Source of the DNA: Candidatus Brevefilum sp.
Lineage (GTDB): Bacteria; Chloroflexota; Anaerolineae; Anaerolineales; Anaerolineaceae
Assembly: GCA_036733105.1 (NCBI GenBank)
Contig: DAINBD010000001.1
Span: 1-55,010 of the forward strand
Length of the DNA: 55,010 nt
Reading direction: 5' to 3'
In this document: positions 10,681-20,876 of the stretch, one piece after another
How the letters are laid out: the number at the start of each line of letters is the position of its first letter
Position numbering within the stretch: the first letter of the stretch is position 1
The notes under the pieces: model-generated
Seen by the model: the letters and a program-made list of their open reading frames with translations, nothing else
What the model was told of the DNA's origin: nothing
Database searches by the model: none
Program-made: the position numbers and the translations under genes

Positions 10681-11433
10681 ATGAAGAATAAGATCTGGAT
10701 CCTGGTTCTGTTTTCTATTCTATTGATCCTATCAGGCTGCCAGGTCGGACAAAACTTGATCGAAGAAACCATTCAGCCTGAAACCATCACCCTTCAGACC
10801 ACACCCGAATTAACCCATTGGCTGCCAGATGCAGCTGACTGCGTAAAGACCATCCCCGGATTGGCGATCATCACGGACATCCAGCCGCAGTCAGAGCTCA
10901 ACCCGGAAGAAGCTGACCTGGTTTTACGGCTTGGGACTCGCCAAGATAGCGATCCCTTCGTCGCCGTGATGGGATCTGAAGCCATGACAATCGTTGCCGG
11001 CGCTGATGTGCCGTTGGATTCCCTCAGCCTTCAAAGCCTGAGAGCAATATTCAAGGGGAATATACGAAACTGGAATGAGGTTTCTGAAGTTGTGCAATTT
11101 GAACTAATAATTGATCAACCCATTCCTACTTTGAGCTACCCGGGAGGACATCTGCTGCAAAAATTATTCCAAGAGAACTATCTCGATATGAATCCCATCA
11201 TGATTGATCCGGTGGTTTTTTCAACGCCTGAGCGCTTGGCTGAGCTTCTCCAAGAAAACCCCTTTGCAATTGGCTATATGCTCCAAAGCCAGGTTCCTGA
11301 GGGCGTCAAAATTCTTTCGATCACCAGTGAAGAACGCATTACCTCAGAATATCCCGTGCTGGCAGTCACCCAGCATGAACCAGAAGGCAAATTTCGGGAA
11401 CTTTTACTGTGCCTGCAGAACGCTTCTAATTAA
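10681..11433 (+). CDS. Lipoprotein with a probable substrate-binding (PBP2-like) domain
   Basis: Lipobox LSGC after ATG 10681; LSLQSLRAIFKGNIRNWNEV and PFAIGY resemble PstS-like binding proteins. Confidence 0.6.
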   Translation: MKNKIWILVLFSILLILSGCQVGQNLIEETIQPETITLQTTPELTHWLPDAADCVKTIPGLAIITDIQPQSELNPEEADLVLRLGTRQDSDPFVAVMGSEAMTIVAGADVPLDSLSLQSLRAIFKGNIRNWNEVSEVVQFELIIDQPIPTLSYPGGHLLQKLFQENYLDMNPIMIDPVVFSTPERLAELLQENPFAIGYMLQSQVPEGVKILSITSEERITSEYPVLAVTQHEPEGKFRELLLCLQNASN

Positions 11434-11512
11434 TCGCCTTGTTCCTGCTAACGAACAAGTGATATTTGCCCGAAGACGCTTTAAAATTGACCCTCTACAG
11501 TGCCCCCCTTAC

Positions 11513-11541
11513 TTGACATCACCCTCTAGAGGGATTATATT
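11513..11541 (+). promoter_or_regulatory. Sigma70-type promoter of the cold-shock gene
   Basis: TTGACA (11513-11518), 17-nt spacer, TATATT (11536-11541); about 70 nt upstream of the ATG. Confidence 0.75.
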
Positions 11542-11610
11542 TATTCAACGTCCGTGCAAAGCACAGGATGATTAGAACCTTAATAAATCCTAGAAAGATG
11601 GAGTGATAGT

Positions 11611-11862
11611 ATGTCAGAACGTTATGTCGGAACCGTCAAGTGGTTCAGTGCCCCCAAGGGGTACGGTTTTATCGGTCGGAATGATGGTGAAGAAGATGTC
11701 TTTGTACACTTCTCCGCAATTCAAATGGAGGGCTACAAACGCCTCAGAGAAGGTCAACAAGTAGAATTTTCCATAGAAGACGGACCAAAAGGATTGCAGG
11801 CTGCGAATGTCATCCTCGTTGAAACAGAAACAGAAAGCGAAGTTGAAGTCGTCGCAGAGTAA
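11611..11862 (+). CDS. Cold-shock protein (CSD) with an acidic C-terminal tail
   Basis: GTVKWF, KGYGFI (RNP1), VFVHFSAI (RNP2) and [10 protein letters not shown]. Confidence 0.95.
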   Translation: MSERYVGTVKWFSAPKGYGFIGRNDGEEDVFVHFSAIQMEGYKRLREGQQVEFSIEDGPKGLQAANVILVETETESEVEVVAE

Positions 11863-11933
11863 CCTGAAATAAAGACAACCAGAGGTTGACAAACAACTAC
11901 ATATGTGAAGAAACATTATCTTCAAAAATTAAT

Positions 11934-11965
11934 AATCGAGTCGCAAGGGCGACTCGATTTTATTT
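11934..11965. terminator. Bidirectional terminator between the convergent csp and malY/patB genes
   Basis: AATCGAGTCGC-AAGG-GCGACTCGATT with an 11-bp perfect stem and A/T-rich flanks. Confidence 0.85.
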
Positions 11966-11975
11966 TAACGCTCAG

Positions 11976-13127
11976 TTATTTTCTCTTTGCAATCGCTGCA
12001 ATCATCTGGTTCAGTGCCTGATCCAACAGAGCCCTTGGACAGCCAAAGTTCAACCTTACAAAACCGTCCCCTGCTTCCCCAAAATCGCATCCATCATTCA
12101 AGCCAACTTTGGCTTCCTTGAGGAAAAATTGCTGCGGCGTAGTATCCAATTCTAAATCGCGGCAATCCAGCCATCCTAAGAAGGTCCCCTCCGGTGGACA
12201 AACGCGAACACCAGGCATTTTTTTTGTGACGACATCCACCATGTGATCGCGGTTTGCCAAAAGGTATTCCAAAATGGCATCCAGCCAGGGTCCGCCATCT
12301 CGGTAGGCGACATGAGCAGCATGTAAACCCAGGATATTGGGATGCCCCAAAAGCATCGACATTGATTGTGACAAAGTTTTTTGCATCTCAGGATCCGTCG
12401 TAACATACACCGATGTTGAAAATCCTGCCACGTTGAAGGTCTTGCTCGGTGCAAAATAAGTGACCGTATTCTTCGAAACCTCCTTTGAGAGGCTGGCAAT
12501 GGGGATGTGCTTGAAACCTGAATAAACCAGATCCGCATGGATCTCATCAGCACAGATCAATGTTCCAGAACGCAAGCAGATTTCCGCCATTTTTTCAAGT
12601 TCCTCTCGGCGAAAGACCCTTCCCGAAGGATTTTGGGGGTTGCATAAAATGAACAGTTTCACACCAGAAGCAATTTTCGCTTCAAAATCATCGAAATCCA
12701 CTTCATAATAACCTGCACAGTTCGAGGTCAATTGATTGATGACCAGTGTTCGACCGGTGCACCTGGGTGCTGACAGAAATGGTGGATAAGCTGGGGTCTG
12801 GATCAGCACACGATCACCGGGCTCGGTGAGGGCATAGATTGCATGGGTAAATCCTGAAACAACACCCGAAACAAAAGCCAAATCAGCTGTTTCAACGTCC
12901 CAGTTATGTCGAGATTTGAGATGGGCGGTAATAGCTTCCTTCAGTCCGTCAGAGGGGAACCCATACCCAAAGATCCCATGGGCAACCCGCTCCTGCAAAG
13001 CGTTGATCACCGCTTCCGGAGCACGGAAATCCATATCTGCAAGCCACATTGGTAAGACATCATCACCATAGCGATTCCATTTGGCACTATCGGTCCCCCT
13101 CCGGTCAATAATCTGATTAAAATCCAT
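11976..13127 (-). CDS. MalY/PatB family PLP-dependent cystathionine beta-lyase / C-S lyase
   Basis: LPMWLADMDF, LCNPQNPSG, DEIH, APSKTFN and FVRLNFGCP. Confidence 0.93.
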   Translation of the reverse strand: MDFNQIIDRRGTDSAKWNRYGDDVLPMWLADMDFRAPEAVINALQERVAHGIFGYGFPSDGLKEAITAHLKSRHNWDVETADLAFVSGVVSGFTHAIYALTEPGDRVLIQTPAYPPFLSAPRCTGRTLVINQLTSNCAGYYEVDFDDFEAKIASGVKLFILCNPQNPSGRVFRREELEKMAEICLRSGTLICADEIHADLVYSGFKHIPIASLSKEVSKNTVTYFAPSKTFNVAGFSTSVYVTTDPEMQKTLSQSMSMLLGHPNILGLHAAHVAYRDGGPWLDAILEYLLANRDHMVDVVTKKMPGVRVCPPEGTFLGWLDCRDLELDTTPQQFFLKEAKVGLNDGCDFGEAGDGFVRLNFGCPRALLDQALNQMIAAIAKRK

Positions 13128-13293
13128 AATTTCTCCTTATTCGCATGATCGGGTCTATTATAGCCTATGTATTCACAATGACCGTAAATCAACAATCGAT
13201 TAAAAATGGTATACTCATTTTTAATAAGAAACCTTTAACAAAACTAGGCCTTCAATACATAAAAAACCAAATTTTTAGACGAAAACATATAAG

Positions 13294-14193
13294 ATGAGCC
13301 AGAATCAACCCCTACCTGAATTAACCCTTGTCACCTCCACAGACTGGCAGGATTATGAACTGCTCGACACTGGTGATGGGCAGACTCTTGAAAGAGTGGG
13401 CTCTTATCGTCTCGTGCGCGACGAACCCCAAGCGATCTGGTCAAAGTCTTTGCCCGCTGAAGCATGGGAATCTGCGGATGCAGTGATGGTATCCACCAGC
13501 GGTGAACAGGGCGGGTATTGGAAGGTGAAAAACAACGTCAAACAGCCCTGGGTGATTAATTACAAGGGGCTAAAATGCGAAATTCGGCTCTCAAGCTCCC
13601 GTCATATCGGTGTTTTCCCAGAGCAAGCCAGCCAATGGGATTGGATCACGGAACAAATCCATTCTGCAGGTCGTCCATTGAAAGTGATCAACCTGTTTGG
13701 ATACACAGGGATGGCAACCGCAGCCGCTGCAAGGGCGGGTGCAAGCGTTACCCATGTTGACGCATCCAAGCACGCAGTCAGCTGGGCAAGCCGCAACCTG
13801 GAACTCTCAGGGCTGACAAATGCCCCCGTCCGCTGGCTGATTGAAGATGCCCGGAAATACCTCAAACGCGAGGCTAAACGTAAATCTTTTTATGATGGGA
13901 TCATCCTTGATCCACCCAAATTTGGAAGGGGACCCAGCGGCAAGGTCTGGGAATATTTTGAAGACATCACCGATCTGCTTATACTGTGCCGGGCTGTACT
14001 GAGTCCTAAACCGCAATTCATCTGTCTGACCTCCTACGCGATCCAGGCATCAGCCCTCGTACCGCACCAAGCGCTGCAAGAAATTGTCAAAGCGCACAGC
14101 GGAAATCTATCGAGCGGCGAATTGGTAACCGTCGAAAAAAGCGGTGGACATGTCCTTTCGCACGCATTGTTCTCCCGCTGGTCAGCCTCTTAG
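13294..14193 (+). CDS. Class I SAM-dependent methyltransferase (RlmI/RlmK-like)
   Basis: GVFPEQ, NLFGYTG, HVDAS and ILDPPKF motifs. Confidence 0.85.
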   Translation: MSQNQPLPELTLVTSTDWQDYELLDTGDGQTLERVGSYRLVRDEPQAIWSKSLPAEAWESADAVMVSTSGEQGGYWKVKNNVKQPWVINYKGLKCEIRLSSSRHIGVFPEQASQWDWITEQIHSAGRPLKVINLFGYTGMATAAAARAGASVTHVDASKHAVSWASRNLELSGLTNAPVRWLIEDARKYLKREAKRKSFYDGIILDPPKFGRGPSGKVWEYFEDITDLLILCRAVLSPKPQFICLTSYAIQASALVPHQALQEIVKAHSGNLSSGELVTVEKSGGHVLSHALFSRWSAS

Positions 14194-14208
14194 AACGGAA
14201 GCATTTCA

Positions 14209-15051
14209 ATGAATAACAAATGTCAATTTTCAATCATTGGTCCGGGTGTGATGGGGGAAGCCATCATCAAGGGGCTGCTGAAAAATAAGGTTGTGGTAGC
14301 ATCATGCATCATCACCGCCGGCCCTCGCCAGGAACGGTTGGATGAGCTTCAACAGCGTTACCAGATTCAAACAACACTGGAAAACAAATCGTCTGTTGAT
14401 CAGGCTGATGTGGTCATCCTGTGCATCAAACCCCAAAAATTTACCCTGGTGATGAACGAGCTCAACAATCACATCCCACCTGATGCATTGGTGATCTCAA
14501 TCATCGCTGGTGCAACCTTAGATTCTCTCATCACAGGGCTGAAACATACCGCTGTCGTGCGATCCATGCCCAATACCCCAGCACAAATCGGGGAAGGCAT
14601 GACCGTCTGGACGCACCGTCCGGATGTTACCGAACAGCAGCACAATCTTGCAAGGCAAATCCTGGCAGCTCTTGGAGAAGAAATTTTTGTTGATGACGAA
14701 AGTTACATTGATATGGCAACCGCTGTTTCAGGAACTGGACCTGCTTATGTCTTTCTCTTTCTTGAATCTATGATCGATGCAGGTGTTCATCTGGGCTTAC
14801 CAAGACGGATCGCGGAAGAAATGGTCGTCCAAACCATCCAGGGATCGGTCGATTATTATGTTCAAAACGAGTCCCATCCTGCCCGGTTGAGAAACCAGGT
14901 CACATCTCCAGGCGGCACATCTGCAACAGCGCTGTACTATTTGGAGAAAATGGGATTTCGAACCGCCATATCCCGTGCAATCTGGGCAGCCTTTACACGC
15001 TCACAGGAACTGGGAAAAGGACAGGCCCACCAGGACCCTGAAAAAATTTGA
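14209..15051 (+). CDS. proC: Pyrroline-5-carboxylate reductase
   Basis: IGPGVMG, KPQ, RSMPNTP, SGTGPAY and VTSPGGT. Confidence 0.95.
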   Translation: MNNKCQFSIIGPGVMGEAIIKGLLKNKVVVASCIITAGPRQERLDELQQRYQIQTTLENKSSVDQADVVILCIKPQKFTLVMNELNNHIPPDALVISIIAGATLDSLITGLKHTAVVRSMPNTPAQIGEGMTVWTHRPDVTEQQHNLARQILAALGEEIFVDDESYIDMATAVSGTGPAYVFLFLESMIDAGVHLGLPRRIAEEMVVQTIQGSVDYYVQNESHPARLRNQVTSPGGTSATALYYLEKMGFRTAISRAIWAAFTRSQELGKGQAHQDPEKI

Positions 15052-15060
15052 AAGGAAACA

Positions 15061-15555
15061 ATGGATCCAACGCTCATCAACCTATCCATCACAATCAGTG
15101 AAAGCATCATGCAGAAGGGGTTGACTATCGCAACCGCGGAATCTTGCACAGGCGGCCTTATCGCCCACATCCTCACAGAGGTTGCTGGTGCTTCCAATTA
15201 TTTTATCGGCGGTGTTGTCGCCTACAGCAACCAGGTCAAACAAGATATTCTGGGAGTGCGAACCAGCACCCTGGACCAATACGGTGCCGTCAGTGAACAG
15301 ACTGCTATGGAGATGGCTGCAGGTGTACGGCAGAAATTCAATACCGATATTGGTTTATCCACAACGGGGGTAGCTGGACCATCCGGAGGGACGCCCACGA
15401 AACCTGTTGGCCTGGTCTGGATCGGTTTCAGTACCCCGGAAAGAACCTGGGCAATTTACTCCCACTTTTCCGATGGGCGTCACGAAATCAATAAAAAATC
15501 GGCTCGAAAAGCGCTGCGTTTATTGTTGGATTATTTAGAAAACGACCAGGTTTAG
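15061..15555 (+). CDS. pncC: Nicotinamide-nucleotide amidohydrolase (CinA C-terminal domain only)
   Basis: ATAESCTGG, GAVSE, TGVAGPSGG and KPVGLV. Confidence 0.9.
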   Translation: MDPTLINLSITISESIMQKGLTIATAESCTGGLIAHILTEVAGASNYFIGGVVAYSNQVKQDILGVRTSTLDQYGAVSEQTAMEMAAGVRQKFNTDIGLSTTGVAGPSGGTPTKPVGLVWIGFSTPERTWAIYSHFSDGRHEINKKSARKALRLLLDYLENDQV

Positions 15556-15668
15556 GAGTCAGAAAACCGTAAATCAAACACTAGTCGATATTTTGAAAAG
15601 GTAAGGCGTAAGAGCATCCATCTGACCAGGGTTATCATTTCTTTTTGATTTAAAAATACGCTGATATC

Positions 15669-15698
15669 AAAAAAAGGAACTCACAATGAATTCCTTTT
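15669..15698. terminator. Terminator-like hairpin between the convergent pncC and CorC-like genes
   Basis: AAAAGGAA...TTCCTTTT inverted repeat with A and T tracts on either side. Confidence 0.55.
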
Positions 15699-15720
15699 GT
15701 GATTCAATATGATTCGATGA

Positions 15721-17025
15721 TCAGTCTAACGTGTTCCTTGAAACCAGCACCCTGTCCACACGCCGACCGTCCATATCGACAACTTCAAATGTGAAATCCC
15801 CCGAATTGAATTTTGCCCCTGTTTTCGGGATCCTTCCCAGTTGACTCATCACAAACCCGCTGAGCGTTTGATAACCAGCTCTCTCTTCACCGGGCATCTC
15901 AGAAATGCCTAAAATTTCTTTGAGTTGATCGATGATGATCAGACCATCAAACAACCACGATCCATCTTCGCGCTGAACCGCAAGCGAGTCTTTGTCTTCG
16001 CTATCTTCTGGAATTTCGCCTACAATGGCTTCGAGGATATCATAATCGGTGACCATCCCGGTGATTCCACCAAACTCATCGACCACGATGGCAAGATGGA
16101 CACCACTGGATTGAAAAATCTCGAGCGCTTTGAGCGCTGCCATATTCTCAGGAAGATACAATGGCTCTTTTATGTAACCACGTAAATCATGGTCTACATC
16201 TTCAGGCGACAAACCCAGTAAATCCCGGATCTGAATAAATCCCAGAATGTCATCCAAATCACCTTCAGCAACGGGAATGCGCGAATGGGGTGAAGTCAAC
16301 AATTGTGCCCAGATTTCTTCTTTTGGACTGTTGATATCGATCCATGCCATTTCGGGGCGGGACGTCATCAGAGCCTCAACGCGACGGTCGCCCAGCCGAA
16401 AGATACCCGAAACCATTTCTCTTTCTGCCTCTTCGATCACACCGATGTCCCTGCCTTCTTCAAGGTAGCTTTTGATCTCTTCTTCCGTAATACTTGGGCC
16501 TTTGTCGGTGTTGATCCGGAGGACCTTTAACCCTAAATTGGTGGAGACACTCAATAACTTTGTCAGGGGTCTAAATATCTTTGTTAACCGGCGAATAGCA
16601 GGCGACAAGGCGGTGACCACATTTTCGGGTTTACTTACTGCCAGCCGCTTGGGTATCAGCTCTCCCAGCACGATTGAAAAATAGGTGATGATGACCACAA
16701 CAATGATCAAAGCGACCAGGTCTGCCTGAGGTGCCAACCAGGTGATTTTGCTTAATTGCATTGCTAAGGGATCAGCTAAACTGGCACCACCAATACCACC
16801 TGCCAACGTATCGATCATTGTGATCATGATCTGAACGGTTGAAAGATATTGTTGATTAGGGTCTTTCAGTAATTCAAGCGCATCCTTAGCGCCCTTACTA
16901 CCAGCTTCAACCCTTTGTTCCAAGCGCGTCTTTCTGGCAGCAACCATTGCAATTTCATACATCGCAAAGATGGCATTAAAAAAGAAAAGAACAAATATGA
17001 TCAGGATATTAATTAATACAGACAT
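15721..17025 (-). CDS. HlyC/CorC (CNNM-CBS) family membrane protein
   Basis: DUF21-type N-terminus (GELIPK), CBS pair (HSRIPV, VVDEFGG) and CorC C-terminus (EVVDMDGRRVD). Confidence 0.92.
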   Translation of the reverse strand: MSVLINILIIFVLFFFNAIFAMYEIAMVAARKTRLEQRVEAGSKGAKDALELLKDPNQQYLSTVQIMITMIDTLAGGIGGASLADPLAMQLSKITWLAPQADLVALIIVVVIITYFSIVLGELIPKRLAVSKPENVVTALSPAIRRLTKIFRPLTKLLSVSTNLGLKVLRINTDKGPSITEEEIKSYLEEGRDIGVIEEAEREMVSGIFRLGDRRVEALMTSRPEMAWIDINSPKEEIWAQLLTSPHSRIPVAEGDLDDILGFIQIRDLLGLSPEDVDHDLRGYIKEPLYLPENMAALKALEIFQSSGVHLAIVVDEFGGITGMVTDYDILEAIVGEIPEDSEDKDSLAVQREDGSWLFDGLIIIDQLKEILGISEMPGEERAGYQTLSGFVMSQLGRIPKTGAKFNSGDFTFEVVDMDGRRVDRVLVSRNTLD

Positions 17026-17189
17026 TATCTCTAAGCAAATCCTTACAATTTCAAATAATTAATCGTTATATAAAAATTCTTTCATGCATCAAATTACTGA
17101 TGATAACTGATTATACTGGTAATTTTTTATAAATTAACCTTATCATGAAGTTCAGACTTCATGATTACCAGTGAAGAAAAAGCACCCAT

Positions 17190-17801
17190 TTACAACTTTT
17201 TCACCATCTTCAGATACCCCGAACCGAGGTGCACCACCCGCCGGTTACTTTCAAGGTGCATAGCTTCAACCTTGAAGCCGTGTTGTTCAAAAACCTGACG
17301 CGTATCCCGGCTGTCGATATTCACCATGACTGAAAGTTTTGAAATACCTAATTCTTTTGCGCTTTCGCCAATATGGTCAAGGATTTTTTCCTCCACCCCG
17401 TGGTTTTGCATGCGCTTTTTCACCGCCATGTTGCTGATAAAGACTTCATCCCTGGCAGCTTCTTTGATGAATATAAGGGGGTACCCGCGCAGGATCAATG
17501 CGATCTTGCCGCGTAAGGGATACTGACGCAAAAGGAGCCGGTCCAATTGGCGATCAAGTTTCGGCAGCATCCTTCCCGGGAAAAAGGTACAAAGTCCAAT
17601 CACCTGTCCCTTCAAGACTGCCATTTCGGTGTGCGTATGGCTCAAACGGTGATCGGGGATCGGGAAGAGTTTTTCGAGGATGTATTTTCCACGCGATTCG
17701 CTCCCCAATCCGATAATGAACGCTGCTTTTTGAGGAAAGGAATCAAACAATAATCGGCTGGCTAATTTTGCATCTGAAGGCTGAGCTGAACGAAATTCCA
17801 T
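17190..17801 (-). CDS. GNAT family N-acetyltransferase
   Basis: ISNMAV.KRMQNHG (motif A-like) and FEQHGF (motif B-like). Confidence 0.8.
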   Translation of the reverse strand: MEFRSAQPSDAKLASRLLFDSFPQKAAFIIGLGSESRGKYILEKLFPIPDHRLSHTHTEMAVLKGQVIGLCTFFPGRMLPKLDRQLDRLLLRQYPLRGKIALILRGYPLIFIKEAARDEVFISNMAVKKRMQNHGVEEKILDHIGESAKELGISKLSVMVNIDSRDTRQVFEQHGFKVEAMHLESNRRVVHLGSGYLKMVKKL

Positions 17802-17851
17802 GAGGTGGCTTTAATTAATCCTTTTGACGAAAGAATAAGAAATTTACGAGA

Positions 17852-18577
17852 TCAGGTGATCAGGTGATCAGGTAAATGATCCGTCTTATTCATATAGGAG
17901 ACAACCATTTCACCGCCATCCAGATCTACCCGGCTGATCGCACAATTGTTCATCAACAGCCAGTACTTTTCAGCCTGGATATTTAACATCGCCGTGATCA
18001 TTCTGGCAAAAATGCCGTTATGCATGACAACACCAACGCGATGATCATGACCGCGGTGTCGTTCGATCAAAAGGTCAATCACAGTTTGAGCCCTTTTGAG
18101 ATAATTCTCTCGTTTTTCTTTTTCACGATTCCACCATCCTTCTTCAGGTAAATCTTCTGGAATGATAAGCTCCGGAAAATTCTCTTGAAAAAATGATTTG
18201 CCGGGCCCAGGTTTGCCAATAAAAATGGGCTCTCCATCTGTTTGGATCATATCAAAAATGCCGCCTGTTTCATGAACTTCAGGCATTGCCACCAGAGGCA
18301 ATCCCGTTTGATCAGCAATCGCTTTACCCGTCTTGATCGCCCGGATCATCAAGCTGCAATAGAGGTGGGTTAATCCAAATCCATTCCGGTTTTGAGGGTC
18401 CCATCCTGATGGTGAATAAGGTTGAGCGAGATACTTTGCCACGACCTCTGCCTGTTCAATACCGGCTGTCGTCAGGTCAGGATCGCTGTCACGAGATTCA
18501 AAATAGCGATCATTGTCTTCTTCATCCCAAACCTTGTTGTTGGTAGATTGTCCGTGTCTGATAAAGTACAGCTGCAA
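17852..18577 (-). CDS. Histidine phosphatase (phosphoglycerate mutase superfamily)
   Basis: FIRHGQS, LT..GIEQA, HNG and NCAIS. Confidence 0.9.
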   Translation of the reverse strand: MQLYFIRHGQSTNNKVWDEEDNDRYFESRDSDPDLTTAGIEQAEVVAKYLAQPYSPSGWDPQNRNGFGLTHLYCSLMIRAIKTGKAIADQTGLPLVAMPEVHETGGIFDMIQTDGEPIFIGKPGPGKSFFQENFPELIIPEDLPEEGWWNREKEKRENYLKRAQTVIDLLIERHRGHDHRVGVVMHNGIFARMITAMLNIQAEKYWLLMNNCAISRVDLDGGEMVVSYMNKTDHLPDHLIT

Positions 18578-18580
18578 AGT

Positions 18581-19618
18581 TTATATCTCCTGTATATGAT
18601 GTAAATGAATGAGTTGATGGATGAGCTCGCTCACACCAATTGTCAATTCCGGGCTTTTTCCATAATGATCATGATGATACGAATGACCGCACATTGCAGC
18701 CAAACACGCTTCGATATTGTCCTTCATAGCAATGGGATCATATCCACCTTCAAGAACATACATCAACCGTCCTTCGCAAAGTTCATCCGCTAATTCAACC
18801 AATATCCTGGTTATCTGGAAATAGCCTTCTGTGTCTAGGGTTAAAGTTGTTAATGGATCAGAGAAATGTGCATCAAAACCGGCAGAAACAAAGATCATTT
18901 CTGGTTCAAAGGCCAAAAGCCAGGGTTTAATGACATGCATCATGAGCGCGTGAAAAACGGAATTCCCGCTGAAAGCAGGCACGGGGACACTGATAATGCG
19001 CCCTCTGGCATGGGTAACAGCATCGATCTTGCCGGTGCCCGGGTAAATATCCTGTTCCTGTATGGAAAGAAAGCCCACCTGTTCTGTGTCCCAGAATATA
19101 GCCTGTGTTCCATTGCCGTGGTGTGCATCAATATCAATGATGGCAATTTTGTTCAACCCTTTAGCCAATGCATCAGCGGCAGCAACCGCAATATTATTCA
19201 AGAGACAAAAGCCCATCGATTCACCCTGCTCGGCATGGTGACCCGGTGGGCGGACGATTGCAAACCCAGATCCAGTTTTCATTGACAGAATTTTCCGACT
19301 GACGGATAAGGTTGCGCCAACTGCGGTAAGGGCAGCATCACAGGATCCTTCAGTGACGTAAGTGGGCGCAGGCTCAAATTCATGGATTCCTCGCTGGCAT
19401 TCCTCGGCAAGCTCTGTCAGCAGGGACGAGTCATGAACCAGGGTGACGTCTGATTCTGTTGCAGGTTTAAAATCCAGCCATTTGATTTCTGGAAATGGTG
19501 GAGAATTTTGCCAATCCTTGAGGGATTGGATCCTTTTAGGCGTTTCGGGATGACCTGGAAAAGTATGCCCTGGGGCATCATAATAGGTACAGTAAACGTT
19601 TTTCTTCTTTCTGCTCAT
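18581..19618 (-). CDS. Histone deacetylase / acetylpolyamine amidohydrolase family protein
   Basis: HPE, RPPGHHA, GFC, DAHHGNGTQ, SAGFDAH and LEGGY. Probable start ATG 19618. Confidence 0.93.
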   Translation of the reverse strand: MSRKKKNVYCTYYDAPGHTFPGHPETPKRIQSLKDWQNSPPFPEIKWLDFKPATESDVTLVHDSSLLTELAEECQRGIHEFEPAPTYVTEGSCDAALTAVGATLSVSRKILSMKTGSGFAIVRPPGHHAEQGESMGFCLLNNIAVAAADALAKGLNKIAIIDIDAHHGNGTQAIFWDTEQVGFLSIQEQDIYPGTGKIDAVTHARGRIISVPVPAFSGNSVFHALMMHVIKPWLLAFEPEMIFVSAGFDAHFSDPLTTLTLDTEGYFQITRILVELADELCEGRLMYVLEGGYDPIAMKDNIEACLAAMCGHSYHHDHYGKSPELTIGVSELIHQLIHLHHIQEI

Positions 19619-19754
19619 TTTTTCACGTAGAAAGAAGTATACCGCAATAAACGGATGCCTGCGCAATTTTTTCCGCAGAAGGCAGGTTTAAAGCACAAAA
19701 TCAGGTCGCGCTACCATTTTTCACCTTATAACATGAACAATTCCTGCACCGAAG

Positions 19755-19763
19755 TGGTATAAT
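19755..19763 (+). promoter_or_regulatory. Extended -10 promoter element upstream of prfA
   Basis: TGGTATAAT (TGn plus consensus TATAAT) about 45 nt before the ATG. Confidence 0.55.
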
Positions 19764-19805
19764 CCGTAGGCTAAAATTTAAAGGAATGAACGAGATTATC
19801 ACATT

Positions 19806-20876
19806 ATGCTTGAAAAACTAAAGGGAATTTTAAATCGTTATCAGGATATTGAAAAACAGCTCTCTGAAGTTGGCGATGATTACACAAGGGCAATTGAACT
19901 CTCCAAAGAGCGGTCTGAGCTTGAGTCTGTTGTAAACAAGGCAAATGCCTATCAGGACACGCTTGAAAAGATGAGTGAAACTGAGGCATTATTGGATGCC
20001 GATGACGATGATATGCGAGCTTTGGCAGAGATGGAAATGGAAGCCCTTCGTGAACAAAGAGATCAACTAGAAAACCAGCTCAAAGCCATGCTCGTTCCCA
20101 AAGATCCCCGTGACAAACGGAACGTCATTATGGAAATCCGCGCGGGCACCGGCGGTGATGAAGCCGGGCTGTTCGCGGCAGATCTTTTCCGGATGTACTC
20201 CCGTTATGCAGAAAGGCAAAACTGGAACATTGAAGTCCTTTCGATTAACGAAACGGGGATTGGGGGGATCAAAGAAGTCAGCTTTATGATCAAGGGAAAT
20301 GGTGCCTATTCAAAGCTGAAGTACGAATCCGGCGTTCACCGTGTTCAGCGTGTTCCCGAAACCGAGTCTCAGGGCAGGATCCACACATCCACAGTCACCG
20401 TGGCTGTTTTGGCTGAAGTTGATGATGTCGAAATATCCATTCCTGATTCGGATATCCACATCGATGTGTACAAATCAGCTGGCGCAGGCGGTCAGAACGT
20501 GCAGAAGAATGCCACCGCAGTCCGGATTACGCACATTCCATCCGGCATGGTCATCGCCTGCCAGGATGAGCGTTCCCAGCTTCAAAACAAAACGCGCGCC
20601 ATGAGCATCCTGAAGGCGCGTTTATATGAAGAAGAAGAGCGGAAAAAGCAAGAAAAAGAAGCAGCAACCCGGCGTTCTCAAATCGGAAGCGGGCAGCGAG
20701 CCGAAAAAATTCGGACTTACAACTTCCCTCAAAACCGGGTAACCGATCACCGGATCAACCTCTCTTCTTACAATCTAACAGGTGTCTTATATGGAGATAT
20801 CGATGAATTCATTGACGAATTGACCCTCGTTGACGAATCAGAGAAATTAGCCATGATCGAGGAGAACAACCATTAA
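19806..20876 (+). CDS. prfA: Peptide chain release factor 1
   Basis: GGQ motif, RF1-type PxT (PET), GTGGDEA and IRTYNF. Confidence 0.97.
   Translation: MLEKLKGILNRYQDIEKQLSEVGDDYTRAIELSKERSELESVVNKANAYQDTLEKMSETEALLDADDDDMRALAEMEMEALREQRDQLENQLKAMLVPKDPRDKRNVIMEIRAGTGGDEAGLFAADLFRMYSRYAERQNWNIEVLSINETGIGGIKEVSFMIKGNGAYSKLKYESGVHRVQRVPETESQGRIHTSTVTVAVLAEVDDVEISIPDSDIHIDVYKSAGAGGQNVQKNATAVRITHIPSGMVIACQDERSQLQNKTRAMSILKARLYEEEERKKQEKEAATRRSQIGSGQRAEKIRTYNFPQNRVTDHRINLSSYNLTGVLYGDIDEFIDELTLVDESEKLAMIEENNH

Noticed and set aside
15552..15638. 28-codon minus-strand ORF between pncC and the CorC-like gene
   Set aside because: No SD, it lies beyond the terminator hairpin, and it has no recognisable features.
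17142..17165. ATCATGAAGT-TCAG-ACTTCATGAT inverted repeat upstream of the CorC-like gene
   Set aside because: Cannot be told apart as weak terminator or operator, and it shows no riboswitch consensus that I recognise.
17851..17873. ATCAGGTG repeated about three times at the end of the histidine phosphatase gene
   Set aside because: It affects only the last few codons, so a phase-variation role is unlikely.
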